Source: a bacterium
GTDB taxonomy: Bacteria; Patescibacteriota; Microgenomatia; Levybacterales; UBA12049
Length of the DNA: 64,000 nt
NCBI GenBank assembly: GCA_021777565.1
Contig: JAJYDJ010000002.1
Location: forward strand, 5,082-69,081
Direction of reading: 5' to 3'
Part shown: in pieces, positions 31,904 to 41,081 of the stretch
Layout: each line of letters opens with the position of its first letter
How positions within the stretch are numbered: position 1 is the stretch's first letter
Notes under the pieces: generated by a model
What the model was told of the DNA's origin: nothing
Database searches by the model: none
What the model saw: the letters and a program-made list of their open reading frames with translations, nothing else
Made by a program: the position numbers and the translations under genes

Positions 31904-31931
31904 ACCTTCTCGCTCAGCAGAAGGTTTTTTT
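31904..31931 (+). terminator. riboswitch expression-platform terminator
   Basis: ACCTTCT..AGAAGGT stem plus T-run between aptamer and ATG 31957. Confidence 0.75.
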
Positions 31932-31956
31932 GTATCTAAGGCTTGAGGGAAAGCAT

Positions 31957-32526
31957 ATGTACAAAAAAATCTTTTCGCCACTGAGTGTTCTTGCGTTTGT
32001 CAGTTTTTTACTGGCAGGCAGCTCCTTCTATATTCTTAGTGCACATCCGAAAGTTCTTGAGGCGACGATCGAAAAAACCATTACGGTTACAACAACACCT
32101 GTCCCCACACAAGCTACCCAAACTATTACTGCTATTGCATCTGCGCCAACAAGTCTGCCCCAACCGACAACAACTCAGTCGACAACGACTATCGTGACGC
32201 AACATACCACCACCTCAACAACTGTCAGCCAGTCAGGTCCTTATGTCGCACTCAGCCTTCATGTCGGGAGTAATCTAACCACCTGGGCAGTAAGCCTCTC
32301 TGGCACCCAGACTCCTTGCTCTATTCTGCAAGCAGCCAAAGATCAAGGGAAACTCTCCTCGCTTACCATCCAGCACTACGGTGCTCCGCTCAACAGTGAT
32401 TACGTAAAAGAGATAAATGGCAATTCTGACAATTGGACATTTACGCTCAATGGAGACAGTAAAAACATGGGATGCTCTTACTATTCACTCAACTCAGGGG
32501 ATACTGTCGTCTGGAGTTATCAATAA
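31957..32526 (+). CDS. membrane-anchored DUF4430 (transcobalamin beta-domain-like) protein
   Basis: TM, Thr-rich stalk, YVKEING..NWTFTLNG..MGCS.Y.L.SGDTVVWSY; riboswitch-controlled. Confidence 0.8.
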   Translation: MYKKIFSPLSVLAFVSFLLAGSSFYILSAHPKVLEATIEKTITVTTTPVPTQATQTITAIASAPTSLPQPTTTQSTTTIVTQHTTTSTTVSQSGPYVALSLHVGSNLTTWAVSLSGTQTPCSILQAAKDQGKLSSLTIQHYGAPLNSDYVKEINGNSDNWTFTLNGDSKNMGCSYYSLNSGDTVVWSYQ

Positions 32527-32534
32527 CGTTTTAT

Positions 32535-34412
32535 ATGAAGCAATCAATGATAAAAAAAACAACAAGTGTCATCCTGAACATAGTGCGCCGCTACTATGTA
32601 GCAAGTGCCCTTGGGGTAAAGGATCTTTATTTAAAAAGAAGAGATTCTTCGCTCAGATTCACAAGCGCTCAGAATGACAGCATCCGACTGCTGGGAATCA
32701 TATTTTTTGCTTTATTTTTCTTAGCATCTGCTACACCGGCACTTGCTGACACCATCACCGTACATGTCGCAATAATCGATAGCACCAAAACAATTTTTTA
32801 TGGCAATGTAAATGTCGATAGTACTGGCTGCAGCGTAAAAGACACTACCAATGTAGTTCACACCTTCACTTCCCCCCTGACTGTCTGCGCCTTGGATAAA
32901 GCAGCACAAACCGGGAATTTCATGTATCAAATTGAGAATTCTTCTTTTGGGCTTTTCATCCAAGGGATTGCCAGTGACAGTGGCGCCGCTGATTTCTCTA
33001 CCTACTGGTCCTACGATGCCAGTCGAACCCTTGCCAATGTAGGTGTCGCTGATAGCACGGCGATCTTACAAAATGGTGATTGGTTGTTTTTTCATTTTGA
33101 CCCAATGGATAATAAGACGAAGGCAATTCAGTATGGCCTCGCCTATCTCAAATCACAGCAGGATAGTACCGGTAAGATCGCAGGATATGATTTCTCAACA
33201 TCACAGTTTGATGGCGCGAGCTCCTGGGCGACGCATGCCTTTGTGGCAAATGGAGTAAGTGATTTGAGCACGATCAAACTCGCCAGTGGCACCTCCCTTC
33301 TTGATTACCTGTCTTCACATAATCCAACACTCAGCGACAAAACAACTGACTGGGCCAAACATATTCTGGCCATTGTGACCGCAGGACAGGACCCATACAC
33401 CTTTGGTGGTATCGATTCAGTGAGTCAGCTTGAGACCTATACTAACAACAACCAACTCGGGAGCACAACCGCACTCAATGATGATGTGTTTGGCCTGCTT
33501 GCGCTCACTGCGGCACACGTTAGTACTGATAGCGCTGTCCTTAACGATTCTTTAAACTTTGTTCTGACACATCAGAATGGTGATGGCGGCTTTAGCTACT
33601 CGGCAACAGGAACCAGTGATGTCGATGATAGTGCCTCTACCCTCATGGCACTGGTGGCAGTGGATAAAAGTGGCCTTTCCAGCGCCTCTCTCTCAGCAGC
33701 TATTGTTCAAACCCAGCAATACTTGCTTGGCAAACAAAATGCCGATGGAGGGTTCCCTTCCGACCCATCATACGATCCCTCTTCCAATACTTCCAGTACT
33801 ACGTGGGCACTGATGGCACTACGATCACTTGGCCTAAGTGATAGTCATGTCACAACAGCAGAAAGCTTTATCGAGAAGAATCAATATCTTGGAGATGGCT
33901 CATTTGCCTGGCAGCTTGGAAGTCCAGCTGCAACAGGAGACACGGACACCTCTTCCTATGCCCTGATGGCCTTAGCGGGCAAATCATGGCCGATGACTAT
34001 CTATCAAGGCGCTATTCCAGCCCCAACACCTACCAGCACCCCATCTGGCACCATCACACCGACTCCTACTCTGACACCAACACCAACTCCTGTACCCAAC
34101 ACCCCCACCCCTACGCCTACACCCCAATCAACAACCACAACGACGACGACATATACCACTACCTACGTCACGCCAACGCCAGGCCCGACAGTAACTGCAC
34201 CAGTGGTATCAGCATCGACACTTTTGTCACCTACCCCAACCACAGCACCACTTCCTGGTGTGCTTGGAGCACAGACAATGACGTTGCCACAAAAAGTTAT
34301 TACCACTCAAACACAAGGATTCTCCTTCCCTAGCATGTTCCTGGGAGCAGGTTTTGCCTACCTGAGTATGTTTGCCCTGGAGTTAATGAAGAAATTTTCC
34401 CTATTCAAATAA
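32535..34412 (+). CDS. surface protein: DUF4430-like domain + prenyltransferase/squalene-cyclase alpha-barrel repeats + PT stalk + C-terminal TM (putative B12 capture)
   Basis: FGLFIQGI..YWSY..VGVAD..LQNGD; YLKSQQDSTG, HQNGDGGF, KQNADGGF QW-type repeats. Confidence 0.82.
   Translation: MKQSMIKKTTSVILNIVRRYYVASALGVKDLYLKRRDSSLRFTSAQNDSIRLLGIIFFALFFLASATPALADTITVHVAIIDSTKTIFYGNVNVDSTGCSVKDTTNVVHTFTSPLTVCALDKAAQTGNFMYQIENSSFGLFIQGIASDSGAADFSTYWSYDASRTLANVGVADSTAILQNGDWLFFHFDPMDNKTKAIQYGLAYLKSQQDSTGKIAGYDFSTSQFDGASSWATHAFVANGVSDLSTIKLASGTSLLDYLSSHNPTLSDKTTDWAKHILAIVTAGQDPYTFGGIDSVSQLETYTNNNQLGSTTALNDDVFGLLALTAAHVSTDSAVLNDSLNFVLTHQNGDGGFSYSATGTSDVDDSASTLMALVAVDKSGLSSASLSAAIVQTQQYLLGKQNADGGFPSDPSYDPSSNTSSTTWALMALRSLGLSDSHVTTAESFIEKNQYLGDGSFAWQLGSPAATGDTDTSSYALMALAGKSWPMTIYQGAIPAPTPTSTPSGTITPTPTLTPTPTPVPNTPTPTPTPQSTTTTTTTYTTTYVTPTPGPTVTAPVVSASTLLSPTPTTAPLPGVLGAQTMTLPQKVITTQTQGFSFPSMFLGAGFAYLSMFALELMKKFSLFK
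32567..32679. repeat. palindromic miniature repeat copy 2, in frame inside CDS N-terminus
   Basis: TGTCATCCTGA...GCTCAGAATGACA; the 111-nt core encodes 37 aa without stops. Confidence 0.85.
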
Positions 34413-34495
34413 TCTCATTTCGCGCTCTGCAACAAGTGCGTCAAACTTTTTTTATGAGCGATTTTAGGGGGAACCGAAGAGAAAGTACAGAGAAT

Positions 34496-35041
34496 TTAGC
34501 CTTTCCAAATCACTTCTTCCTGACCTTCTGTGTGATTCACCAACCGGGCACAGGTAAAAAGATAGTCTGACAGACGATTGAGGTACTGTAATATCTCAAG
34601 AGCAACTGTTTCTTTCTCATGTAGTGCCACACTACTTCGCTCTACTCGTCGAGACACAGCACGCGCATATTGCAGCAGTGCCGCTGCTTTCGCTCCACCA
34701 GGGAGAATAAAATTCTTCAGCTCAGCAAGCTTACCGGTCATTGTGTCGATTTCTTTTTCAAATTCACTGGTACGGGCTGTTAATGTCTCTAGAAACGCTG
34801 TATCAATAGGCGCCACAGGATTGGCAAGAACTGCGCCAATTGCAAAAAGATCCTTCTGTACCTGTGAGAGCATGACGCGTTGAGAATAGGACTTGGGAAG
34901 TTCGCTTATGACAACCCCCAAAAGACTGTTAAGCTCATCTATATCCCCATAGGTTTGAAGTCTGATATGCGCTTTTGAAACGCGAGAGTTATTAAAGAGT
35001 GCAGTTGTTCCCTTATCTCCAGTTTTGGTATAGATAGGCAT
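34496..35041 (-). CDS. pduO: ATP:cob(I)alamin adenosyltransferase, PduO type
   Basis: IYTKTGDKGTT, YGDIDELNS, FILPGG, RAVSRRVER, LNRLSDYLF. Confidence 0.93.
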   Translation of the reverse strand: MPIYTKTGDKGTTALFNNSRVSKAHIRLQTYGDIDELNSLLGVVISELPKSYSQRVMLSQVQKDLFAIGAVLANPVAPIDTAFLETLTARTSEFEKEIDTMTGKLAELKNFILPGGAKAAALLQYARAVSRRVERSSVALHEKETVALEILQYLNRLSDYLFTCARLVNHTEGQEEVIWKG

Positions 35042-35073
35042 ACAGGCGTGAAGTGCGTCAAGCATGTGTAGGA

Positions 35074-35589
35074 TTATTTACTAACCTTTGCAATTGCTTG
35101 CCCTTTTACTAAGTGTAACACGAGCTCATAACTGCCAAACAGTACCCCTGCATAGAAGAGATCGCCAACGAGGGTGTTTCTAAAGAATGGTACTCCCATC
35201 GCGTAGCATGTCATGAGTCCTGAGAGAGTGTGTGGATACATATTCCCCATCACCCAGACACCGAAATTCGTTACGGTAAAGAAAATAACTGAAGACAGGA
35301 GTGTCACGCCAGTGATGTTGATAAAGGACTTGTGATTTCTTACAAGAAGTCCCAGAAGCCCACTCACAAGGAAACTTCCATACACAAATGGCATAACGTT
35401 ATGGAACCCGAGAAATATGTCTGAGAGAAACATCGCAACCAGTGGAACGATAAGTGCATACTTCTTGTTCAAGTATACTCCACCAAACAGTGCCATAGCA
35501 GCAATTGGAGCAACATTTGGCATGTGTGGGACTAGTCGCAAGATGACTGCGAGAGCGATAAATAGAAGTGGATTGATAAGCTTTTTCAT
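35074..35589 (-). CDS. DUF6580-like putative ECF S-component membrane protein
   Basis: RLVPHMPNVAPIAAMALFGG, SDIFLGFH, FFTVTNFGVW, GVPFFRNTLVGD; about 6 TMs. Confidence 0.75.
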   Translation of the reverse strand: MKKLINPLLFIALAVILRLVPHMPNVAPIAAMALFGGVYLNKKYALIVPLVAMFLSDIFLGFHNVMPFVYGSFLVSGLLGLLVRNHKSFINITGVTLLSSVIFFTVTNFGVWVMGNMYPHTLSGLMTCYAMGVPFFRNTLVGDLFYAGVLFGSYELVLHLVKGQAIAKVSK

Positions 35590-35615
35590 AGGACTTGTGC
35601 GATTATACATGAGTG

Positions 35616-35683
35616 TGTCATTCTGAGCAACGCGAAGAATCTTGCTTTATAAAGAGTGATCCTTCGATTCTCTCAGGACGACA
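35616..35683. repeat. palindromic miniature repeat copy 3 (no nested insert)
   Basis: TGTCATTCTGAGC..GAAGAATC..GATCCTTCG..CTCAGGACGACA. Confidence 0.8.
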
Positions 35684-35701
35684 AAATATATTTGTTATGA
35701 G

Positions 35702-38140
35702 TTAGCATTCGCTATAGCCGCAACTATAACATTTCTTGCATCCTTCTTCGAAGACAAATGCTGCTTCACCACACTTTGGGCAAATATCCATCTTGCGCTT
35801 AAACATAGGCATCTGTGCATGACCGTTGAGTACTGGCGCTTCTTGTGCATCCAAGGTTAATTGTGCTGGTGCAGACGCTCCTGCAAGTGTCTCTGATGCA
35901 TCTTGTACAGTAAAGAATCCATAATGCATGGAGAGTGCACGTGCTACGGCATCAGGAAGACTACGCACACGATTTGGACCAAAGCCGACTGAGCGACCTC
36001 CACCAATACCTTGCAGCTGTTCGACAATCTCTCGTGCTCTTTCTCGTGCTGGCATGTGGTTACCAAATCTGAGATTGGTAGAGATAAGCCGACCCAATGC
36101 TTCAGCCATCGCCGCTACTTCACTCCCTGCTTTGCCAATGGTGACAAAGACTTCAAATGGGTTTCCTTCACTGTCTTGATTAATCGTGACAAAGGCATGT
36201 CCCAGTGGTGTCTCGATCTTATACGTTGCCCCTTCTACTTTGACGGGACGAGGCATAATAACTGCTGGCTGTGACTGTACTGGTGCTGCTTCTACTGTTT
36301 TCTCTTTTTTACTGGTTCCAAGGTTGAGTACCTGTTCATTCTTGCATCCATCACGGAATACCGTAATACCGCGGCATCCTGTCTCCCATGCCAGCATGTA
36401 TGACTTTTTAATGTCATCAACACTTGCCTCATTTGGCAAGTTAATTGTTTTGGACACACCATTATCTGTGTATTTTTGAAATGCCGCCTGCATTCTGACA
36501 TGCCACTCAGGGGTAATTTCATGCGCCGTACCAAATGCTGCGCGTACATCTGCTGGAATTTCATCAATATCACGCACAGTTCCGTGCTCTGCTACTTTGT
36601 CCATGAGTTCTTGTGAATAAAATCCTCGCTCTTTTGCGATCTTTTCAAAGAGTGGATTTACAAAGGTAAGTGTACGATTCTCACTTTTCACGATGTGCTG
36701 GTATGCGATGGCAAAGAGAGGTTCACAGCCGCCAGATGTTGCCGCAAAGATACCAATTGTCCCTGTTGGGGCAATGGTGGTGACTGTGGCATTACGAATT
36801 GGGGTGTCTTTGTAAATTGAGAACTTGCACAGAGGGAATGCGCCACGCTCTTTGGCCAGAAGTGCTGACTCTTTGTGCCCTTCTTCATTAATAAGCTTCA
36901 TGATTTGTTCTGCCAAACTGAGTGCTTCTTCACTGTCGTATGGGATACCCAACTCTACCAGCATGTCTGCCCATCCACCAATTCCAAGGCCGATACGGCG
37001 GATATTACGCACCGTGTCCTCAATCTGTGGCATGGGGAATGGATTCATCTCAATGACATCATCCAAAAGTCTCACTGCGGTGCGGGTCGCCTCTGCGATC
37101 CCATTCCAGTCGACTTTCCCGTCTTTGACAAAGTAGTTCAAGAAGATACTTCCCAAGTTACAGGCATCAAAAGGATAGAGTGGCTGCTCACCGCATGGGT
37201 TGGTACTTTCGACTTCCCATCCTTCTTTGCGGATTGGATTGGCACTACTCTGGTTAATGCGATCAATAAAGACCAGTCCTGGATCACCTGTTTTCCATGC
37301 TGACTCTGCAATTTCGTTCCAGACATCACGTGCAGGAAGCTTGCCAACTGACTGCTTGGTGTGTGGGTCGATCAAGTCATATTCCCCACCCTTTTCAAGT
37401 GCGTCCATGAATTTGTCAGTGATTGTGACTGAAATATTGAAGTTACTAATACCTGATCCATCGTCCTTGCAGTGAATAAACTCAAGAATATCTGGATGAT
37501 CTACGCGAAGAATGCCCATGTTGGCACCTCGTCGCATACCACCCTGCTTAATTTGCTGGGTTGCTTCGTTATAAATCTTCATGAAAGAGACTGGTCCGGA
37601 CGCGACACCCATGGTTGACTGTACGCGGGCACCTTTTTGACGAAGACGTGAGAATGAAAAGCCTGTTCCCCCACCACTTTTATGAATAAGTGCTTGATAC
37701 TTTACGCCATCAAAAATTCCTTCAATCGTATCCTCTACTGGAAGGACATAACAAGCGCTGTATTGCAGATGGTTATGTTTTCCGGCATTTGCCAGTGTTG
37801 GAGAATTTGGTAAGAACTTTCGAGAAAGCATCAAACCATAGAAAACACGTGCCTGATCAATCACTTCCTGACGGGTTTTCCCTTGTTTTGCTTCACCACT
37901 TGCCAGTTCCCATGCAACACGCCAGCACATCTGCTCGACGGTTTCAATTGGTTTGCCATCTGCATCTTTGAGGAAATATCTTTCTTCAAGCACTTTAATT
38001 GCCTGCTTGGTCCATGGTTCATGAACAATGTCCGTTGGCACCTCTGGGCGAGGTCCGACCAACTTCTCAACCTCCTCAACCATCTCGTCGTAGGAGAGAT
38101 GGTCCCATTGTATTTTTTTATTTTGTGTTTGTTTTGCCAT
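35702..38140 (-). CDS. nrdJ: adenosylcobalamin-dependent (class II) ribonucleotide reductase
   Basis: PNSPTL, SACYV, GGGTG, TNPCGEQPL..ACNLGS, TIAPTG, TSCPD domain, C-terminal CYSCGYSEC; no nrdB nearby. Confidence 0.93.
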   Translation of the reverse strand: MAKQTQNKKIQWDHLSYDEMVEEVEKLVGPRPEVPTDIVHEPWTKQAIKVLEERYFLKDADGKPIETVEQMCWRVAWELASGEAKQGKTRQEVIDQARVFYGLMLSRKFLPNSPTLANAGKHNHLQYSACYVLPVEDTIEGIFDGVKYQALIHKSGGGTGFSFSRLRQKGARVQSTMGVASGPVSFMKIYNEATQQIKQGGMRRGANMGILRVDHPDILEFIHCKDDGSGISNFNISVTITDKFMDALEKGGEYDLIDPHTKQSVGKLPARDVWNEIAESAWKTGDPGLVFIDRINQSSANPIRKEGWEVESTNPCGEQPLYPFDACNLGSIFLNYFVKDGKVDWNGIAEATRTAVRLLDDVIEMNPFPMPQIEDTVRNIRRIGLGIGGWADMLVELGIPYDSEEALSLAEQIMKLINEEGHKESALLAKERGAFPLCKFSIYKDTPIRNATVTTIAPTGTIGIFAATSGGCEPLFAIAYQHIVKSENRTLTFVNPLFEKIAKERGFYSQELMDKVAEHGTVRDIDEIPADVRAAFGTAHEITPEWHVRMQAAFQKYTDNGVSKTINLPNEASVDDIKKSYMLAWETGCRGITVFRDGCKNEQVLNLGTSKKEKTVEAAPVQSQPAVIMPRPVKVEGATYKIETPLGHAFVTINQDSEGNPFEVFVTIGKAGSEVAAMAEALGRLISTNLRFGNHMPARERAREIVEQLQGIGGGRSVGFGPNRVRSLPDAVARALSMHYGFFTVQDASETLAGASAPAQLTLDAQEAPVLNGHAQMPMFKRKMDICPKCGEAAFVFEEGCKKCYSCGYSEC

Positions 38141-38146
38141 ATATGT

Positions 38147-38596
38147 TTATGTATGTATTTGCTCTATAAGTTTTTCAAATTCAGAAATATCTGACAGGTC
38201 CATATAGACGCTTGCGAAGCGAAGCCAAGCAATTTTATCTACTGGTTTCAACTTCTTTAAGACCATTCTCCCGATAATTTTGGAGGAGATTTCACTCCCC
38301 TCTTTACGTCTAATTTCCCTTTCTATGTCATCCACCATCTGGTGAATAAAGTCTATAGAAATCGGACGCTTCGCGAACGATCTTACAATGCCTCTTACGA
38401 TCTTATCCCTCTCAAACGCTTCCCTGCCGCCATCACGCTTGATGACAAAAAGACTTGGACCTTCAATGCGCTCAAATGTCGTGAATCGCCTTTGACAGGC
38501 ATTGCACTCACGCCTTCTTCTTAAAGATTCCCCGTCTTCTGCTATTCGGGACTCAAGTACTGATGTATCTTGTGATCCGCAAAATGGACATTTCAT
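38147..38596 (-). CDS. nrdR: transcriptional repressor NrdR
   Basis: MKCPFC..RRRREC..C..RFTTFE, ATP cone, RFASVY. Confidence 0.96.
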   Translation of the reverse strand: MKCPFCGSQDTSVLESRIAEDGESLRRRRECNACQRRFTTFERIEGPSLFVIKRDGGREAFERDKIVRGIVRSFAKRPISIDFIHQMVDDIEREIRRKEGSEISSKIIGRMVLKKLKPVDKIAWLRFASVYMDLSDISEFEKLIEQIHT

Positions 38597-38602
38597 ACAT
38601 GT

Positions 38603-38660
38603 ATCGTAAAACCGTCTACATGTAGTGTCAAGGACATAATAGGACCACTACCGGTACTGG
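38603..38660 (-). promoter_or_regulatory. nrdR-nrdJ promoter with tandem NrdR-box-like sites
   Basis: TTGACA-17-TACGAT; ACACTACATGTAGACG (38613-38628) and a weaker box at 38645-38660, 32 bp apart. Confidence 0.6.
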
Positions 38661-38760
38661 TCAATGGGTATTACTGTATCAAAAAATGGCAATATTTTTT
38701 TTGACCTCAAAATGTCAAAAATTTTCTTTTTAATGATTCAACTCACAAAATTTGTGTTCA

Positions 38761-39351
38761 CTATTGCAGAAAAGAAGACTGAATGCGGGTAATAAAACTT
38801 GCAACTCTCTTTGATTCATTCATGAGTGTGGTGTTAGGACCCATCTCCGACTGTAATTGCAGGAGGATTTCCTGGTGTTTACGATTACTTCTGAGTGCTT
38901 GCCAGGCTGGATCAGTATAGTGCATGCCTTGTGATTTGGCATTTTTAATACTACCGATTGCCTCCTCCATGTAGTTATCAGCCTTGGACAAGGTATCCAG
39001 TGATAATTGTTTTTGGGATGGTCTCAGTTCCCAGAGCATTTGTGCTCCTGCAAATCTCTTGTCTGCCTGAAGGATATCAAACTGTGCTTTTGTACTGGGA
39101 TTGGATATCAAAAGACTTACGAGTCTATCACGAAGTGTTTTCAATTTATAGAATGGATTATCTGGCAGAAGGCCTGGATATGGCATGGTATAGTCAACTG
39201 GGGTTGGAGTAGGAGTCATGGTCGCCACAAGAGTAGAATCTGGTGTTGCCGGCGTAAAATCAGCAAATGCCTGAGATTGAGAAATCAACACAAATGATAT
39301 ACAAAGGACACCAAATGTAATCAATGACTGATAGACCGCTTTCATGTTCAT
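38761..39351 (-). CDS. DUF5667-like secreted helical protein
   Basis: YPGLLPDNPFYKLKTLRD..ADKR motif. Confidence 0.75.
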   Translation of the reverse strand: MNMKAVYQSLITFGVLCISFVLISQSQAFADFTPATPDSTLVATMTPTPTPVDYTMPYPGLLPDNPFYKLKTLRDRLVSLLISNPSTKAQFDILQADKRFAGAQMLWELRPSQKQLSLDTLSKADNYMEEAIGSIKNAKSQGMHYTDPAWQALRSNRKHQEILLQLQSEMGPNTTLMNESKRVASFITRIQSSFLQ

Positions 39352-39376
39352 ACTATTGGTAGTATACCACTTTTGT

Positions 39377-39994
39377 CTACTGCTTCTCACGAACATCTCT
39401 CATAAGAGTCTCTATCTGTTCTATCGTCTCTGATAATTTTCCTTGTTGGTTATATACGATAGTGTCACAAACGGCTGCCTCTGCCAATTCCCTTTCAACG
39501 ATGTCTTCATGCCAGCGGAGTTTTGCTTTCTCCTCTCCTTCTGCAGAGACAACTCGCTGATACAACACTTCTTTATCACTATATAAATAGATAAAGATAC
39601 TTTTTGTAAAGTTTTGCTTCATTTTATCTTTCACGTTCTTCACACCTTGCAAATCTATAACCCACATCAGATCTTTTCCAGACTCTACTCCTTCATAAAA
39701 TGTCTTTTTTCGTGTTCCGTAGATAAACCCACGAAAACGCATCCATTCTTCATACGCATCTTGTGCAACTAGTTCTTCAGCAGTCTGTTCTGAAACAAAA
39801 TAATATGGATTCCCTTCTGACTCTCCTTCACGCATTGGCCTACTGACGGTCGTTTTAATGTGAAAGAACTTTTCTGGATATTTCTCAAAAAGAGCCTGCA
39901 TGACGGTCGTTTTACCAGCTCCCGTTGGACCTGTTAATACCAATAATATTTGCTCGGTGTCTTTGGCAGTAGTGGTGGTGGTTGGTGACGCCAT
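39377..39994 (-). CDS. gmk: guanylate kinase
   Basis: GPTGAGKTT, RPMREGESEGNPYYFVS, YGT, IDLQG. Confidence 0.9.
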   Translation of the reverse strand: MASPTTTTTAKDTEQILLVLTGPTGAGKTTVMQALFEKYPEKFFHIKTTVSRPMREGESEGNPYYFVSEQTAEELVAQDAYEEWMRFRGFIYGTRKKTFYEGVESGKDLMWVIDLQGVKNVKDKMKQNFTKSIFIYLYSDKEVLYQRVVSAEGEEKAKLRWHEDIVERELAEAAVCDTIVYNQQGKLSETIEQIETLMRDVREKQ

Positions 39995-41046
39995 CAGGAG
40001 ATTAATTTCAAGCTAATTTCAACAAGCCGGTTGGCATATCCCCATTCATTGTCATACCAGGCAATGACCTTGGCCAGATTGCCCTGAACAACTTGGGTCA
40101 GAGAAAGATCAACGATCGAGGAGTGCTCATCACCAATAACATCTGATGAGACAATTGGGTCAGTTGTTACTCGGATGGTATTATCAAAGATGGGATTTGC
40201 CGCTGCTTTGGTGAGCACGTCATTGATCTCTTCAACAGTGGTGTCTCTTTTCAGAACAAAGGTGAAGTCAGAGAGTGATCCGACTGAGACAGGAACGCGG
40301 ATTGAGAGTCCGTCAAACTTTCCAGCAAGATGTGGCACTGCTTTGGTTGCTGCAACCGTGGCACCAGTAGTGGTTGGGACAATGTTTTGTGCGGCAGCTC
40401 GAGCACGTCTCGGGTCATGATGTCCTCCATCTTGCAGCTCCTGGTCTGAGGTGTAGGCGTGAATTGTTGTCATCATGGCCTTCTCTACCCCAAAGGTATC
40501 ATCCATAATTTTAGCAATAGCTGAAATACAGTTGGTCGTACAGGATGCATCACTGATAATTGATTGACCGGCATACGTATCATCATTTACTCCAATGACA
40601 AAGGTTGGCGTATCATCTTTGGCTGGCGCTGAGATAGCCACCTTTTTCGCTCCTGCATTCAAATGTGCTTGAGAAAGCTCTGCAGTAAGGAAATGCCCTG
40701 TACACTCGAGTACGACATCAACATCCAAATCTTTCCAGGGAAGCTTAGAGGCATCTTTCTGTGAGAAAACAGGGATTTGAGTCCCATCAACAATCAATTC
40801 ACCCAGGAAATCTTCACGCGTGGCGAAGGGGCTGTTGGCCAGTGCCTCCTTGGCCACGACAGAAATTGCATTTTTCAATGGTCGATAATTAGTATCGTAC
40901 TGCAATAAATGCGCCCACCCTTGCAGATCGGCGCCACTGCCAGTATTAATAGCAACGACCTGAGCGACATCAGTATGCTTTAAGATAAGAACACGGTGCG
41001 CTACTCTTCCAATACGCCCATATCCATTGATTGCAAGTCGCTTCAT
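39994..41046 (-). CDS. gap: glyceraldehyde-3-phosphate dehydrogenase
   Basis: INGYGRIGR, ASCTTNC, WYDNEWGY. Confidence 0.96.
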   Translation of the reverse strand: MKRLAINGYGRIGRVAHRVLILKHTDVAQVVAINTGSGADLQGWAHLLQYDTNYRPLKNAISVVAKEALANSPFATREDFLGELIVDGTQIPVFSQKDASKLPWKDLDVDVVLECTGHFLTAELSQAHLNAGAKKVAISAPAKDDTPTFVIGVNDDTYAGQSIISDASCTTNCISAIAKIMDDTFGVEKAMMTTIHAYTSDQELQDGGHHDPRRARAAAQNIVPTTTGATVAATKAVPHLAGKFDGLSIRVPVSVGSLSDFTFVLKRDTTVEEINDVLTKAAANPIFDNTIRVTTDPIVSSDVIGDEHSSIVDLSLTQVVQGNLAKVIAWYDNEWGYANRLVEISLKLIS

Positions 41047-41081
41047 AGTTCTAGTATATGTTCTTTTACTTTTTGGTGCAA

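Noticed and set aside
34018-34250. ACACCA/ACTCCT-type tandem repeats
   Set aside because: These encode ordinary Pro-Thr linkers.
32472-34412. Squalene-hopene cyclase or terpene biosynthesis gene
   Set aside because: Single barrel on a secreted, stalked, TM-anchored protein under a B12 riboswitch. A DVDD stretch is present, but the context favours ligand binding.
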